This document shows, in pieces, positions 41,372 to 50,913 of a DNA stretch of 64,000 nucleotides. The stretch's first letter is position 1; each line of letters begins with the position of its first letter. The stretch is from Turneriella sp. (GTDB lineage: Bacteria; Spirochaetota; Leptospiria; Turneriellales; Turneriellaceae), in NCBI GenBank assembly GCA_965279515.1, contig CBDIID010000003.1, forward strand, positions 3,200,001 through 3,264,000. The letters are read 5' to 3'. The position numbers and the translations under genes are program-made. The notes below the pieces were generated by a model. It worked only from the letters and a program-made list of their open reading frames with translations, was not told the origin of the DNA and searched no databases.

Positions 41372-42043
41372 ATGAGAAAGATTTCCGCGCTTTACGCAAT
41401 CCCCCTTTGCCTGACTCTCATGGCGGCGCATTGCAAAGAAAAAAAAGATCAGACCCCGGCATTTGATAAACCCGGAGCGACGAACAGCGGACCAGCGGTA
41501 CCGGACGTTGCTGGTGGTAAGCGCTGGGTCTGGTCGTCAGATGGCGTGATTCTGCGCGACGCCCCGGCTAAGAATGGAAAATCGCTGGCCTTGATTCCGC
41601 GCGGTGAAGAAATCGAAACCTTTTCGGCCGCGGCGGCGCCGCCCGTTGCCGATACCGTGTCAGGCGAGGCCGGGCATTGGGTGAAGGCAAATGTCAAAGG
41701 TAAATCGGGTTGGGTGTTCGATGTATTTCTTTCGTCGCCGCCACCTGCAGACGCTCTTGAATATGGCTCGCCCTATAAAATGAAATCGGGTGAATATTCG
41801 GATGAACAGTTTTTTACCTTCAAGGCGAACGGCTCAGTCAGTTATGCCCGCAATGTCTGCGAGGGGTTCCAGACCTCTGACGACAAATTCACCATCCGCA
41901 AGGGTCAGGTCTTTTTTAAGGGCGACGCCATGAAGCTCGAGATCCATGGGCGCACGAGCCTCTTAATGCCCTCGGGAGCCGAGGATTTTACCTGTAACAA
42001 TGTTACAGGCGCCGCGCATTTTGAAATCCGCCCGAAAAAATAA
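41372..42043 (+). CDS. SH3b-domain lipoprotein
   Basis: Lipobox-like AAHC; GVILRDAP...LIPRGE...WVK...GKSGWVF. Confidence 0.82.
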   Translation: MRKISALYAIPLCLTLMAAHCKEKKDQTPAFDKPGATNSGPAVPDVAGGKRWVWSSDGVILRDAPAKNGKSLALIPRGEEIETFSAAAAPPVADTVSGEAGHWVKANVKGKSGWVFDVFLSSPPPADALEYGSPYKMKSGEYSDEQFFTFKANGSVSYARNVCEGFQTSDDKFTIRKGQVFFKGDAMKLEIHGRTSLLMPSGAEDFTCNNVTGAAHFEIRPKK

Positions 42044-42047
42044 CCAG

Positions 42048-42119
42048 TTAACCGTCCGGTTAAAATGGTGAACAAATGTTCAAAAATAAGTTGACGCATT
42101 GTTCGTCTTTCATTATCTT
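42048..42119 (+). promoter_or_regulatory. Promoter with two operator-like inverted repeats
   Basis: TTAACCG-TC-CGGTTAA (42048-42063), TGAACA-AA-TGTTCA (42069-42082), TTGACG-N17-TATCTT (42091-42119). Confidence 0.65.
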
Positions 42120-42162
42120 TTAAAAAGACTAGAGTGCACCGCACTACTGGCCAGGAGGATAT

Positions 42163-43035
42163 ATGGGAACAAATAATGTCATTTCGATGAATATGCCGCA
42201 GGTACGGCGGCCGGATTTCGGTCTCGAGAACAATTTCACCAAGTATTACGCCGATGGTAATGTTTTCTTAACGCAGCTGCTGAATAGCCTGCACGTGGTG
42301 TTTCCCGAAGGCGAAAAGCTCTTCATCCGCGCAGTGAAAAACTATGCCGACGAGATCACCGACCCGCAGCTGAAGGCACGCGTCAAAGGCTTTATCGGCC
42401 AGGAAACCCAGCATATGGCGCAGCACGAACGCATCTGGGATACGCTCGAAAGCCAGGGTGTCAAAGCGCACGAGTATGATGCCTGGTATTCGAAGAATGC
42501 TTATGAAACTGTCGAGGGCACGATTGCGAAAATCTTTGGACCCGAGATGTATAAAAAACTGCAGCTTTCGGTAACCTGCGCCCTCGAGCACTACACGGCG
42601 ACGCTCGCCGAAGTCGCGATCGATCCTGAAATCAATGCGCTGCAGGGTTTTGATGAGAAAATGAAGGCCCTGCTCATGTGGCATGCGGCAGAAGAGATCG
42701 AGCACAAATCGGTCGCCTTCGATGTCATGCAGCAGGTCGACGGCAGCCAGCTTACCAAGAATATCGGTATGGTTGTGGGTACCTGGGCGCTGTTGTGGTA
42801 TGGCGCGGTGGGTACGGTCAAATTTCTTGCCGAAGATAAGGATGTCAAACTCACAGACATTCCCGGTTCGATTGCAGACAAAGCTCCGCACCTCGCGAAG
42901 ATCGTGGCTGCGATGGTGCCGAAAATTCTCCAATACTTCCGGCCGGATTTTCATCCCGACCAGATGAACAACGATCGGCTCGCTACAGACTACTTTGCGG
43001 CGAACCAGAAGTTCTTCGAGAAAAAAGCGGGTTAA
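42163..43035 (+). CDS. Predicted metal-dependent hydrolase (ferritin-like diiron; PF10118-like)
   Basis: FPEGE..FI, FIGQE..H..QH, ALEHYTA, WHAAEEIEHKSVAFD, YFRPDFHP. Confidence 0.9.
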   Translation: MGTNNVISMNMPQVRRPDFGLENNFTKYYADGNVFLTQLLNSLHVVFPEGEKLFIRAVKNYADEITDPQLKARVKGFIGQETQHMAQHERIWDTLESQGVKAHEYDAWYSKNAYETVEGTIAKIFGPEMYKKLQLSVTCALEHYTATLAEVAIDPEINALQGFDEKMKALLMWHAAEEIEHKSVAFDVMQQVDGSQLTKNIGMVVGTWALLWYGAVGTVKFLAEDKDVKLTDIPGSIADKAPHLAKIVAAMVPKILQYFRPDFHPDQMNNDRLATDYFAANQKFFEKKAG

Positions 43036-43042
43036 ACCCTTT

Positions 43043-43085
43043 CCCCTCCGCCACCTCCCCCGTTTACGGGGGAGGCCCGGAGGGG
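43043..43085. repeat. GC-rich REP-like hairpin
   Basis: CCCCTCCG-cca-CCTCCCCCGT-TT-ACGGGGGAGG-cc-CGGAGGGG. Confidence 0.75.
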
Positions 43086-43094
43086 GACAATCTT

Positions 43095-43189
43095 GGCATC
43101 ACCCAGCGGCGTGATGATGGTGGTAAAAACACCCATGACGATCAGCGTCGAGAATAACCCCTGAGAAATGAAACCGCGTTTGTAGGCGA
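43095..43189 (-). repeat. Direct-repeat copy of the antiporter 3' end (44212-44320)
   Basis: 95 bp matching 44212-44320 with 2 substitutions and one 14-bp deletion. Confidence 0.92.
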
Positions 43190-43282
43190 CCAGGGCGACA
43201 ACAATTCCAAATTACGATGAACCAGATTCAGCCAGAGATGACTAATGCCGAGGCGGTCAGGATCATCAACCAGTTTCTCTGA

Positions 43283-43480
43283 CTATCCACTCTTGGCTCG
43301 TAGAGCCTCCCGAACCCGCAGGGCCTCAATTTTCAGTTTTGGGTGATCGCTTCCCTCTAAGATAACCACCGCCTCGTTGGCTGAAATAATACTGCTTCCC
43401 GTAGCCAAATACAAGATGTCATCCCCGGCGCCTGCATAGGCCCAAGAGATACAAAAAATACTGAATACGGTGTTCTTCAA
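43283..43480 (-). CDS. Short, probably truncated exported protein
   Basis: TTG start overlapping the upstream stop, GGAG SD; signal-like LKNTVFSIFCISWAYA. Confidence 0.35.
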   Translation of the reverse strand: MKNTVFSIFCISWAYAGAGDDILYLATGSSIISANEAVVILEGSDHPKLKIEALRVREALRAKSG

Positions 43481-44004
43481 TTTCTTATCTCCGCGTTTAT
43501 GGCGCGGCAAATTTCGAACTTGCTATTGCCGACTTTGCGCGGCATATCGGGACCGATATAAAAATTAAATCCGGCAGAACCGCCGGTTCCGGCATTTTCA
43601 ACGCGGAATTTTTCTCCGTTTACTGAGTAGATGAAATAATAATCGGCGTCAATCAATCGAACATAGCAAGACGTGCATTGGCCTGACTTGAAGAAAGTAA
43701 CGCGAACGCACGAATTTCCCAGTTTTAAGGGTTTGTTGTCCGAAGAATCAAGACCCGGCCATTCAAACCCAAAATCCCCGAAGTGTATGTATTGTTTCAG
43801 ATCGTTAAACACTTTCTCTGCGAGATTTTCATCTATCGCCATCCATCTTTTCTTAAATGCATTCTGATTGTTTGATTTGACATTCAAAAACGAGGCCCGG
43901 ATTTCGGTTTCGATTTTTGTCCTCTGATACGTCGCGCAGTGGCTAAGAACACAGAGAGCAAGCAGAGGCGTAACGCTCTTTTTGAACGTTAAAATGCTCA
44001 ACAT
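43477..44004 (-). CDS. Hypothetical lipoprotein inside the ~1-kb insert
   Basis: Lipobox-like LSHC; AT-richer than the flanks; CxxC (CTSC). Confidence 0.65.
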   Translation of the reverse strand: MLSILTFKKSVTPLLALCVLSHCATYQRTKIETEIRASFLNVKSNNQNAFKKRWMAIDENLAEKVFNDLKQYIHFGDFGFEWPGLDSSDNKPLKLGNSCVRVTFFKSGQCTSCYVRLIDADYYFIYSVNGEKFRVENAGTGGSAGFNFYIGPDMPRKVGNSKFEICRAINAEIRN

Positions 44005-44192
44005 AAATTACTCTTCACTGGAGCATACGGACCCCTAATCTCGCAGGCGTAAAGCCTGTTTTCGGATGTGTCAGAATGACAAGTTATGGGTGGTTAGGGC
44101 CATAAAGCACATTATTTCATCGTTGGCACTTGGGCGTTGCTCTGGTGTAGCGGCGCTGGCAAGTACGCCCTGTCGAAAACGAATAACTGGGA

Positions 44193-45392
44193 TTAGGTTT
44201 TTTGAAGGCGCGGCATCACCCAGCGGCGGAACATCAGCGGCGTGATGATGGTGGTAAAAACGCCCATGACGATCAGAGTCGAGAATAACCCCTGAGAAAT
44301 GAAACCGCGTTTGTAGGCGATCGAGGCAATCACCAGTTCCATGATGCCGCGCCCGTTCAGGATAATACCGATGCCGAGTGATTCTGCCGGGCCGAGGCCA
44401 ATGATTTTTGCGCCGAGCCAACCCGAGGCCATTTTAGAAACAACTGAAACAGCGAGTACGACCGCGACAAAGTCGATCGATTTGACCGAGCCGGCGTTAA
44501 ATTCGAGCCCCAGCGTCGCGAAGAATACCGGGCCTAAAAAGCCGTCGGTAATCGAGCGTAGCGTATGGTCGAGTTCATCGTAGCGCGAAGCGAGAAAAAA
44601 TTTACGGTCGATGAGGAGTGCACCGAAAAAAGCACCGATGACAAATTGAAATCCCAGGGCTTCGCTGACCGAGCCAAACGCCAGTACGAAGACGATGAGA
44701 ATGCCGAACAGTGCTTCGGTGCCGAGCACTTCGACCAGCTTCTCAGACCAGCGGTGAATATGCACGCCGCGCCCGATCAGTTTTTGCAGGGTCCAGTTGA
44801 AGCCGAGAATAAAGGCGAGCAGCGCCAACAGTTTCCAACCGGTATTCAGAATCGAAAAGCCGATCGAGTCGAGTGAAAGAGTTGCGGGCAGATTCAGGAT
44901 TACCCCCAAAATGAGCAGCGCGGTGATGTCGTTGAGGATTGCCGTGGCGACCGAGTAGCGAGCAATATCGGAATCGAGCAGGTTGAATGTCTGCAGAATG
45001 CGCACCGCAACCGGCAGCGCGGTGATCGAGACGCAGAGCCCCAGAAAAATGACACGCATCGGGTCGAGCTGGTACGCCAACCCGACGGCGATGCCGGCCG
45101 CCATCGGGATAAAAAAAGCCAGCAGGGCCAGAATCAGTCCCCGGCCCTTGAGCGCGTTCAGGATATCCTGGAACTGCATCTCGAGCCCGGCAGAGAGCAC
45201 CACGAGAAAGACGGCAAGATCGGAGATTCCCGACAGCGCGGGGCCGGTGTGGATAAAGTTGAAAACGCTGGGCCCCAGAAGCACCCCGGCAATCATTTCA
45301 CCGACGATGGCCGGCTGGCCGAATTTCTGGAAAAGCCGGCCGATGAGGCGTGCTGAGACGATGAGGATTAAGAGCTGGGTGAGAAGCGACAT
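44193..45392 (-). CDS. Cation:proton antiporter (CPA2 family)
   Basis: QPAIVGEMIAGVLLGPS, SITALPV, GAFFGA, LNGRGIMEL; ~13 TM. Confidence 0.92.
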   Translation of the reverse strand: MSLLTQLLILIVSARLIGRLFQKFGQPAIVGEMIAGVLLGPSVFNFIHTGPALSGISDLAVFLVVLSAGLEMQFQDILNALKGRGLILALLAFFIPMAAGIAVGLAYQLDPMRVIFLGLCVSITALPVAVRILQTFNLLDSDIARYSVATAILNDITALLILGVILNLPATLSLDSIGFSILNTGWKLLALLAFILGFNWTLQKLIGRGVHIHRWSEKLVEVLGTEALFGILIVFVLAFGSVSEALGFQFVIGAFFGALLIDRKFFLASRYDELDHTLRSITDGFLGPVFFATLGLEFNAGSVKSIDFVAVVLAVSVVSKMASGWLGAKIIGLGPAESLGIGIILNGRGIMELVIASIAYKRGFISQGLFSTLIVMGVFTTIITPLMFRRWVMPRLQKT

Positions 45393-45481
45393 GCCTAGGG
45401 GGTCAAAATTACGCCGCGAAACGTTACGTACAGAAAAGGCCGGCTAAAAGACGCCCCCGATATCTGGATTATTTTCCTGCG

Positions 45482-45513
45482 AGCGGGAACTGCGTCGTCG
45501 GGTTTACGGTTTA
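45482..45513 (+). promoter_or_regulatory. Putative ECF-sigma promoter (copy 1)
   Basis: AGCGGGAAC-N15-ACGGTTTA. Confidence 0.55.
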
Positions 45514-45534
45514 CTATGTATCAAGAGAGGTAAC

Positions 45535-46029
45535 ATGACAGAAAAGAAAAACAAGTTTCACATCGCGGGTGCTCTGCTTTTTGCGGGGATTTTAGCTGCG
45601 TGCGGTTCCGCCCCCGCCAAAGAAAATACGGCGCGGTCAGCAGGTGACGGCCTGGCGATCGACGCGGCGAACGCGCAATTGGCGAAAATTCCTATCGTCG
45701 GATTTCCGCCATTCGCAACGAAAATGCCCATCACACAATTTGATAAGTACGGCGAGGAAGCTGCCACGGTAGCGAAGACGGTGGTTGCTTCCATGCCGGC
45801 TGGCTATCAGCTGCAGGTCGTTGGTCACGCAAACCAGCATCCCGCGAAATCGACTGCGTACACAAAATCGCTTTCTCTGCAGCGGGCCAAATATGTTTAC
45901 GATTATTTCGGCCGGAAAGGAATCGACAAGAAGAAAATGACTTATACCGGCGTCGGGAACTCTGAACCGGACCCCAGTTTATCTCACAGTGACAACCGGC
46001 GTGTCACATTTAAATTAATTGCGAAGTAA
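45535..46029 (+). CDS. OmpA-domain lipoprotein (Loa22-like)
   Basis: Lipobox LAAC; VVGHAN, LSLQRAKYV, GVG..P, NRRVTF. Confidence 0.88.
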   Translation: MTEKKNKFHIAGALLFAGILAACGSAPAKENTARSAGDGLAIDAANAQLAKIPIVGFPPFATKMPITQFDKYGEEAATVAKTVVASMPAGYQLQVVGHANQHPAKSTAYTKSLSLQRAKYVYDYFGRKGIDKKKMTYTGVGNSEPDPSLSHSDNRRVTFKLIAK

Positions 46030-46088
46030 GGGTGCGTGATGCTCGGGCCGGCTTCATCGCCAAATGACCCCGGATCACGTCTTAATAT

Positions 46089-48407
46089 TCAGGATATGCC
46101 ACCGCTCGCGTCGCCGTGACTGGCAATATCCCAAATTGCTGCGGATGCTGGCGACATTCGCAGGCGTTGGTGCAGCTCGCGAATCAGGTCGGGATCGCTG
46201 ATTAGCAGGTTCTGTTGGGCTTCACTGATTGCCAACGGTCCCTCGGTTAGGGCCCGCTCGACCAGCTCTCTGCGCCGACGCCGCAGGGCGACGGGCAATT
46301 GTCTGGGCCGACCAGCGGCGTATACTACCGCCTGTGTCGCGGGGTCGATGGCTGCGCGTCTGAAGCCGTTACCTGGCGCCGGCTGACGCCGTACAGCGGC
46401 GCGCGTCCAGCGCAGTTCGCGTGGCGGCTGGGTCTCCTCTGGGATCAGGCACAGCCGCATTTGCCGAAAGCGCCGGCCCAACCCTACACGGCTCGACCAA
46501 ACCGACAACGGAATAGAGACGATCAGGCTCCCAACGATGGGTAGCAGCCACCAGAGAAATCCCGGACTCAGCCAGTATGCACCGGCCGCCCAGACGATAC
46601 CGAGCAGGCTGTCACCGGCATGCCGTCGGATCGCTTCTGGCCAGGGTGTTTCGGCATCTTCGCGGGGCGGTGAGGTCCAGCGTACGGCATAGCCTAGCAA
46701 GGCCACGAGCACGTAGCGCGCGTGAAAGAGCATACGAATCGGTGCAAGCAACATTGAGAATAGTGACTCCAAAAGTAAGCTGCCTACCAACCTACCGGGT
46801 CCTCCATACAATTTCGCCAGGGCTGGTCGCAATAACAAGCGCAGTGTTGCCAGTATTTTGGGCAGGAATAGCAAACCAGCAGTTGCGCTGAACAGCGACA
46901 CCGCCCATTCAGGATGCCATTGCGGCCAGATAGGAAACAACTGGTAGGCCTCCGTGAAATATGCCGGCGGTACTAAAGTGTGTACCGCGAGCAGTGCGGT
47001 AGACAGCGCCAGAAACAGTAGCCACAGGGGTGCTGACAGATAAGCCATCACACCCGTCATGAAGACGGCGCGGTGAGCAGGATGCAGTCCTTGCGTCAGG
47101 AATAGGCGGAAATTCTGCAGATTGCCCTGGCACCAGCGCTGGTCGCGGCGTAACTCGTCGAGAAGCGTGGGCGGCATCTCCTCGTAGCTGCCTGGCAGAT
47201 CATGGGCCATCCATACAGCCCAGCCCGCGCGGCGCATCAAGGCGGCCTCCACGAAGTCATGCGACATGATCTCTCCAGCCAGTGCACCACGCCCAGGCAG
47301 GCGACCGAGGGCGCAGTGCTCCATGAACGGCGCCACGCGCAGGATCGCGTTGTGTCCCCAGTAATGCGACTCGCCCAATTGCCAGAAATGCAGGCCGGCG
47401 GTAAACAGCGGGCCATAGACGCGGGTGGCGAACTGCTGAATTCGCGCGTACAGGGTTTCGCGGCCGGAAGCTTGCGGGGCGGTCTGGATAATCCCGGCAG
47501 TTGGATTCGATTCCATCAGTTGCGCGAGCTTTAGCAGACAGCTGCCACTCATGACGCTGTCGGCGTCGAGAATGATCATGTAGCGATAGGCTGAACCCCA
47601 GCGACGGCACCAGTCGGCGATGTTACCGCTCTTGCGTTTGAGGCGTAGTTGGCGTCGCCGGTAGAATATTCGTCCGAAACCTTTGACCTCTTCGCACAAC
47701 CTGAGCCAGGCCTCGATCTCTGCCACCCGGATGTCGGGATCGGAACTGTCGCTTAAGACAAAAAAATCAAAATGCGCCGACGCACCGGTGCGCGCCAGCG
47801 AGGTGTATGTTGCACGCAGTCCCGCAAATACGCGCGCGACGTCTTCGTTGCAGATCGGCATGAGGATCGCGGTGCGTGTTTCATCACTGAGTGGTTCGAG
47901 GGTGCTGCGTGAAATCGCATGACGGTCCCGGCCTGTGAGCAGAATCAAAAATCCCGAAACAGCCGTCCAGAAACCGGAAGATATCCAGGCAAACAGGATT
48001 GCATAAATGACCAGCAGAATTTTTTCCAGCCAATGCGTGCCATGGTAAGGCAGCACCGCAGTCATGAACCAAGTCGCCAGCGTTGTCTGGCTGAGGATCA
48101 GCACCAACAGCGCCAGGCGTCTCCGCAGGCCCTGCGCATGCCAGGGGGGATGCTCTGCGGTTGGTACGAAACCGGGCTCGCGCGGTGCAAGGAGGTGCCG
48201 GCGGCCCAGCAGCAGTGTTTTGAGCCAAGTACCCATTCGGCGAAACAGATGTCGGTTGAGAGGTTGCGGGTGCATACGGCTGCGCGCCAGCGGTGGCGTC
48301 GTGACCAGTCGGGTTCGCCCAAAACGATCGACCTGGAAAGGAGCGTTGGGGTATATTAAAGCAAGTTGTGAAGTCGCTAAGGCGCGGGCCGACGGGTCTG
48401 TGCTCAC
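46089..48407 (-). CDS. opgH: Glucan biosynthesis glucosyltransferase H
   Basis: MPICNED, LSDS, RKSGNI, LDADSVM, HYWGHNAI, SHDFVEAA, RDQRWCQGN. Confidence 0.95.
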   Translation of the reverse strand: MSTDPSARALATSQLALIYPNAPFQVDRFGRTRLVTTPPLARSRMHPQPLNRHLFRRMGTWLKTLLLGRRHLLAPREPGFVPTAEHPPWHAQGLRRRLALLVLILSQTTLATWFMTAVLPYHGTHWLEKILLVIYAILFAWISSGFWTAVSGFLILLTGRDRHAISRSTLEPLSDETRTAILMPICNEDVARVFAGLRATYTSLARTGASAHFDFFVLSDSSDPDIRVAEIEAWLRLCEEVKGFGRIFYRRRQLRLKRKSGNIADWCRRWGSAYRYMIILDADSVMSGSCLLKLAQLMESNPTAGIIQTAPQASGRETLYARIQQFATRVYGPLFTAGLHFWQLGESHYWGHNAILRVAPFMEHCALGRLPGRGALAGEIMSHDFVEAALMRRAGWAVWMAHDLPGSYEEMPPTLLDELRRDQRWCQGNLQNFRLFLTQGLHPAHRAVFMTGVMAYLSAPLWLLFLALSTALLAVHTLVPPAYFTEAYQLFPIWPQWHPEWAVSLFSATAGLLFLPKILATLRLLLRPALAKLYGGPGRLVGSLLLESLFSMLLAPIRMLFHARYVLVALLGYAVRWTSPPREDAETPWPEAIRRHAGDSLLGIVWAAGAYWLSPGFLWWLLPIVGSLIVSIPLSVWSSRVGLGRRFRQMRLCLIPEETQPPRELRWTRAAVRRQPAPGNGFRRAAIDPATQAVVYAAGRPRQLPVALRRRRRELVERALTEGPLAISEAQQNLLISDPDLIRELHQRLRMSPASAAIWDIASHGDASGGIS

Positions 48408-48417
48408 GGCATGCCCA

Positions 48418-49926
48418 TCAGGGGAGAACGTAGCTCCAGGTTTCAGACACGATTTTGTTTTTCGCGCGCAACGTTACGCGCATTTCGACCGGTTCTTCAT
48501 TCTTGCGCTTCAGCCGGAAGGATACCCGCCAGCCGCCGCTAACTTCGTTTTGGAACGACTGTTTTTCCAGAACTTCGGCGTTGTTGCCGGCCCAGATTGC
48601 TGCTTCGGGTGTTTCGTTACGGGCTAATGGCTTCAGCGCAGTTGGGTCGAAATCCACCACGAAGCGCAGACTGTCATCCGGCTCACGGCGATAACCATAA
48701 CCACGCCGGGTCTGCGCGGTCCAGGCCAGCGGCGGCAGGGTCAGGTTGTTCAGTTGCCAGAAGAGTTGATACTCCAGTTCCAGCGTTTTACCCGGCTCGG
48801 GCGGGTGCTCGGGCACCCAATAGGCCACGATGTTATCATTGGTCTCGTCCGGTGTTGGAATCTGCACCAGTTCGACGCGACCCTTGCCCCAGTTGCCTTT
48901 GGGGGTAACCCAGACGCTGGGCCGGCGTTCGTAGCGTGCCTCCAGGTCTTCATAATGATCGAAGTCGTGGTCACGCTGCATCAGGCCAAAACCCCTCGGG
49001 TTATTCAATCCAAAGGCCGTCACCAGAAGCCGCTGCGGGTTAACCAAGGGTCTCCACAGCCATTCGCCTTCTTGCGTATGGAGCAACAGGCCGTCGGAAT
49101 CATGTACCTCGGGGCGGTAGTCTTCAGTTTCTGAAGGTTGGTTCTCGCCGAATAAGAACATGCTGGTAAGGGGAGCGACACCCAGTTTTTCGATCTGGTT
49201 GCGCGGGAAGAGCTTCATCCGCACGTCCATCCGCGTATCGTCGCCTGGCCGCAGCATAAACCGGTAGGCGCCAGTCAAACGTTTCGATTCCAGCAAAGCG
49301 TAGATTTCGAGTTCGTGCGCGCCGGCTGGGGGCGATACGATCCAGAATTCGGTGAACGCCGGGAATTCCTCACCTGACATCAGCGCTGTGTCCACTGCCA
49401 GTCCCCGAGCGGACGATCCGTAGAGCTGTTTCTTGCCGAGCGCGCGGAAGTAACTTGCACCGAGGAACACGGCAAGCTCATCTTTATATTGCGGCCGGTT
49501 TACCGGGTAGTGCACGCGAAAACCGGCATAGCTCAGGTCTTTGAAAGTATCTTTGTCAAACTTGTTGGCACCGTAGTTGAAGTCCCCGGGCCGGAATTGC
49601 AGCTTCTTTACATTTTCATGTGTAACGATATTAATCTTCACCGGACGATTATGCCGGAAGCCGGGATGAAAAAATTGGATCTCGAACGGCGAGCCGCTGC
49701 CGCGCCAGAGCGCGCGCTCCGGAAGAAAGCGGATGTCGCGAAACTGGTCGTAAGACAACTCTCGCAATACCTTGGGCAGTTCGTTCTTGGGTTCGCGCCA
49801 GGGTTTTTCTGACAGCGCCTTCGCCTGCAAGACAACCTCGTTGAAACTAAAGGCCTGCGCGGCGTTTGGGAATATTAAGGTAAGGGCGATAGGGGCCGTG
49901 ATAAATAGCCTATGGAATATCTTCAT
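48418..49926 (-). CDS. opgG: Glucan biosynthesis protein G
   Basis: YDQFRDIRF, FLGASYFRA, RPEVHDSDGL, ETNDNIVAYW, SETWSY. Confidence 0.95.
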   Translation of the reverse strand: MKIFHRLFITAPIALTLIFPNAAQAFSFNEVVLQAKALSEKPWREPKNELPKVLRELSYDQFRDIRFLPERALWRGSGSPFEIQFFHPGFRHNRPVKINIVTHENVKKLQFRPGDFNYGANKFDKDTFKDLSYAGFRVHYPVNRPQYKDELAVFLGASYFRALGKKQLYGSSARGLAVDTALMSGEEFPAFTEFWIVSPPAGAHELEIYALLESKRLTGAYRFMLRPGDDTRMDVRMKLFPRNQIEKLGVAPLTSMFLFGENQPSETEDYRPEVHDSDGLLLHTQEGEWLWRPLVNPQRLLVTAFGLNNPRGFGLMQRDHDFDHYEDLEARYERRPSVWVTPKGNWGKGRVELVQIPTPDETNDNIVAYWVPEHPPEPGKTLELEYQLFWQLNNLTLPPLAWTAQTRRGYGYRREPDDSLRFVVDFDPTALKPLARNETPEAAIWAGNNAEVLEKQSFQNEVSGGWRVSFRLKRKNEEPVEMRVTLRAKNKIVSETWSYVLP

Positions 49927-49941
49927 TCTATTAACACCTCT

Positions 49942-49973
49942 TAGACCGTCGCTGCAGAGGGATGGTTCCCGCT
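49942..49973 (-). promoter_or_regulatory. Putative ECF-sigma promoter (copy 2) of opgGH
   Basis: AGCGGGAAC-N15-ACGGTCTA on the minus strand. Confidence 0.55.
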
Positions 49974-50095
49974 AAGAGCTCAGTTCCGGGCCGGAAACGG
50001 CAATGCTTCAGCAAGAGTTCGAAACTTACCGGCGAGCGAAAAAAAACAATTTTGGGCCGATTTTCCTCAAAGGGGCGTTGCTCCGAAAAGATTTC

Positions 50096-50911
50096 TCATG
50101 GGGGTGGATGGGGCCGCTCCATGCGAGACGGGTATCTACCCACGAGGGGTTCGACCATCTGCCAAAACCAACCCTGCCGCACAGGCTCTGTCGTGCCGTA
50201 CTTTTGCGGACGCTCTGGCGGGCTAAAGTATGTGCCAAAGGCGAGATCCATCAGCGGTGAAAGATTGGCATAATTGCATAGGCCCCGCTTGTCGAGCTCG
50301 TGGTGCCAGTGGTGCAGGTGCGGTGAACCCAGCAGTACTTCGAGGAATCCCAATCGTATCGTCGTGTTCGAATGGATAAAGAGCGCCCACAGCCCGCGGA
50401 ACGTGACGAAACCCGCGATCAGGTTCAGGTCGAGGCCGAGCAGCACTGCTGGCAAGGTCTCGATGCCGCGCGTATAGATGTTGTCGAGCGGGTGCTCGCG
50501 GTATGCAGCGATGTAGTCGACGTGCTCTGCGGTATGGTGCACACGGTGAAAGCGCCAGAGAATTTTGAATTTATGCTGCGCGCGGTGGCCCCAGTAGATG
50601 AAAAAGTCGCTCATTAAAATTGCGCAGATAATTTTCAGCGGCACCGGCAGTGTTGTGAAAAATGCCGGTGCAAGCGACGCCGAATCGATGAAGCTGAAGA
50701 TCCCACCCAAAACAAAAAGCGTCAGCGAATTGAAGAGCAGTACCTGGCCGAGGTAGAAGGTCAGGTCATTCAGCCAGCCGCGCCTGAGCCACGTAATCCA
50801 AGTGCCGGGTTCGGGCCTGTCGGCCCTCCAGAAATACTCAAGGGGGATGAAGGCGAGACTGATCGCCGCCAGGAATAAAGTCGCCTGCGCAACAAGCTCA
50901 AAAAACCACAC
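50096..50911 (-). CDS. Sterol desaturase family protein
   Basis: YWGHRAQH, WRFHRVHH, FIHSN, HHWHH, NYA; GTG start. Confidence 0.9.
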   Translation of the reverse strand: MWFFELVAQATLFLAAISLAFIPLEYFWRADRPEPGTWITWLRRGWLNDLTFYLGQVLLFNSLTLFVLGGIFSFIDSASLAPAFFTTLPVPLKIICAILMSDFFIYWGHRAQHKFKILWRFHRVHHTAEHVDYIAAYREHPLDNIYTRGIETLPAVLLGLDLNLIAGFVTFRGLWALFIHSNTTIRLGFLEVLLGSPHLHHWHHELDKRGLCNYANLSPLMDLAFGTYFSPPERPQKYGTTEPVRQGWFWQMVEPLVGRYPSRMERPHPPP

Positions 50912-50913
50912 CG

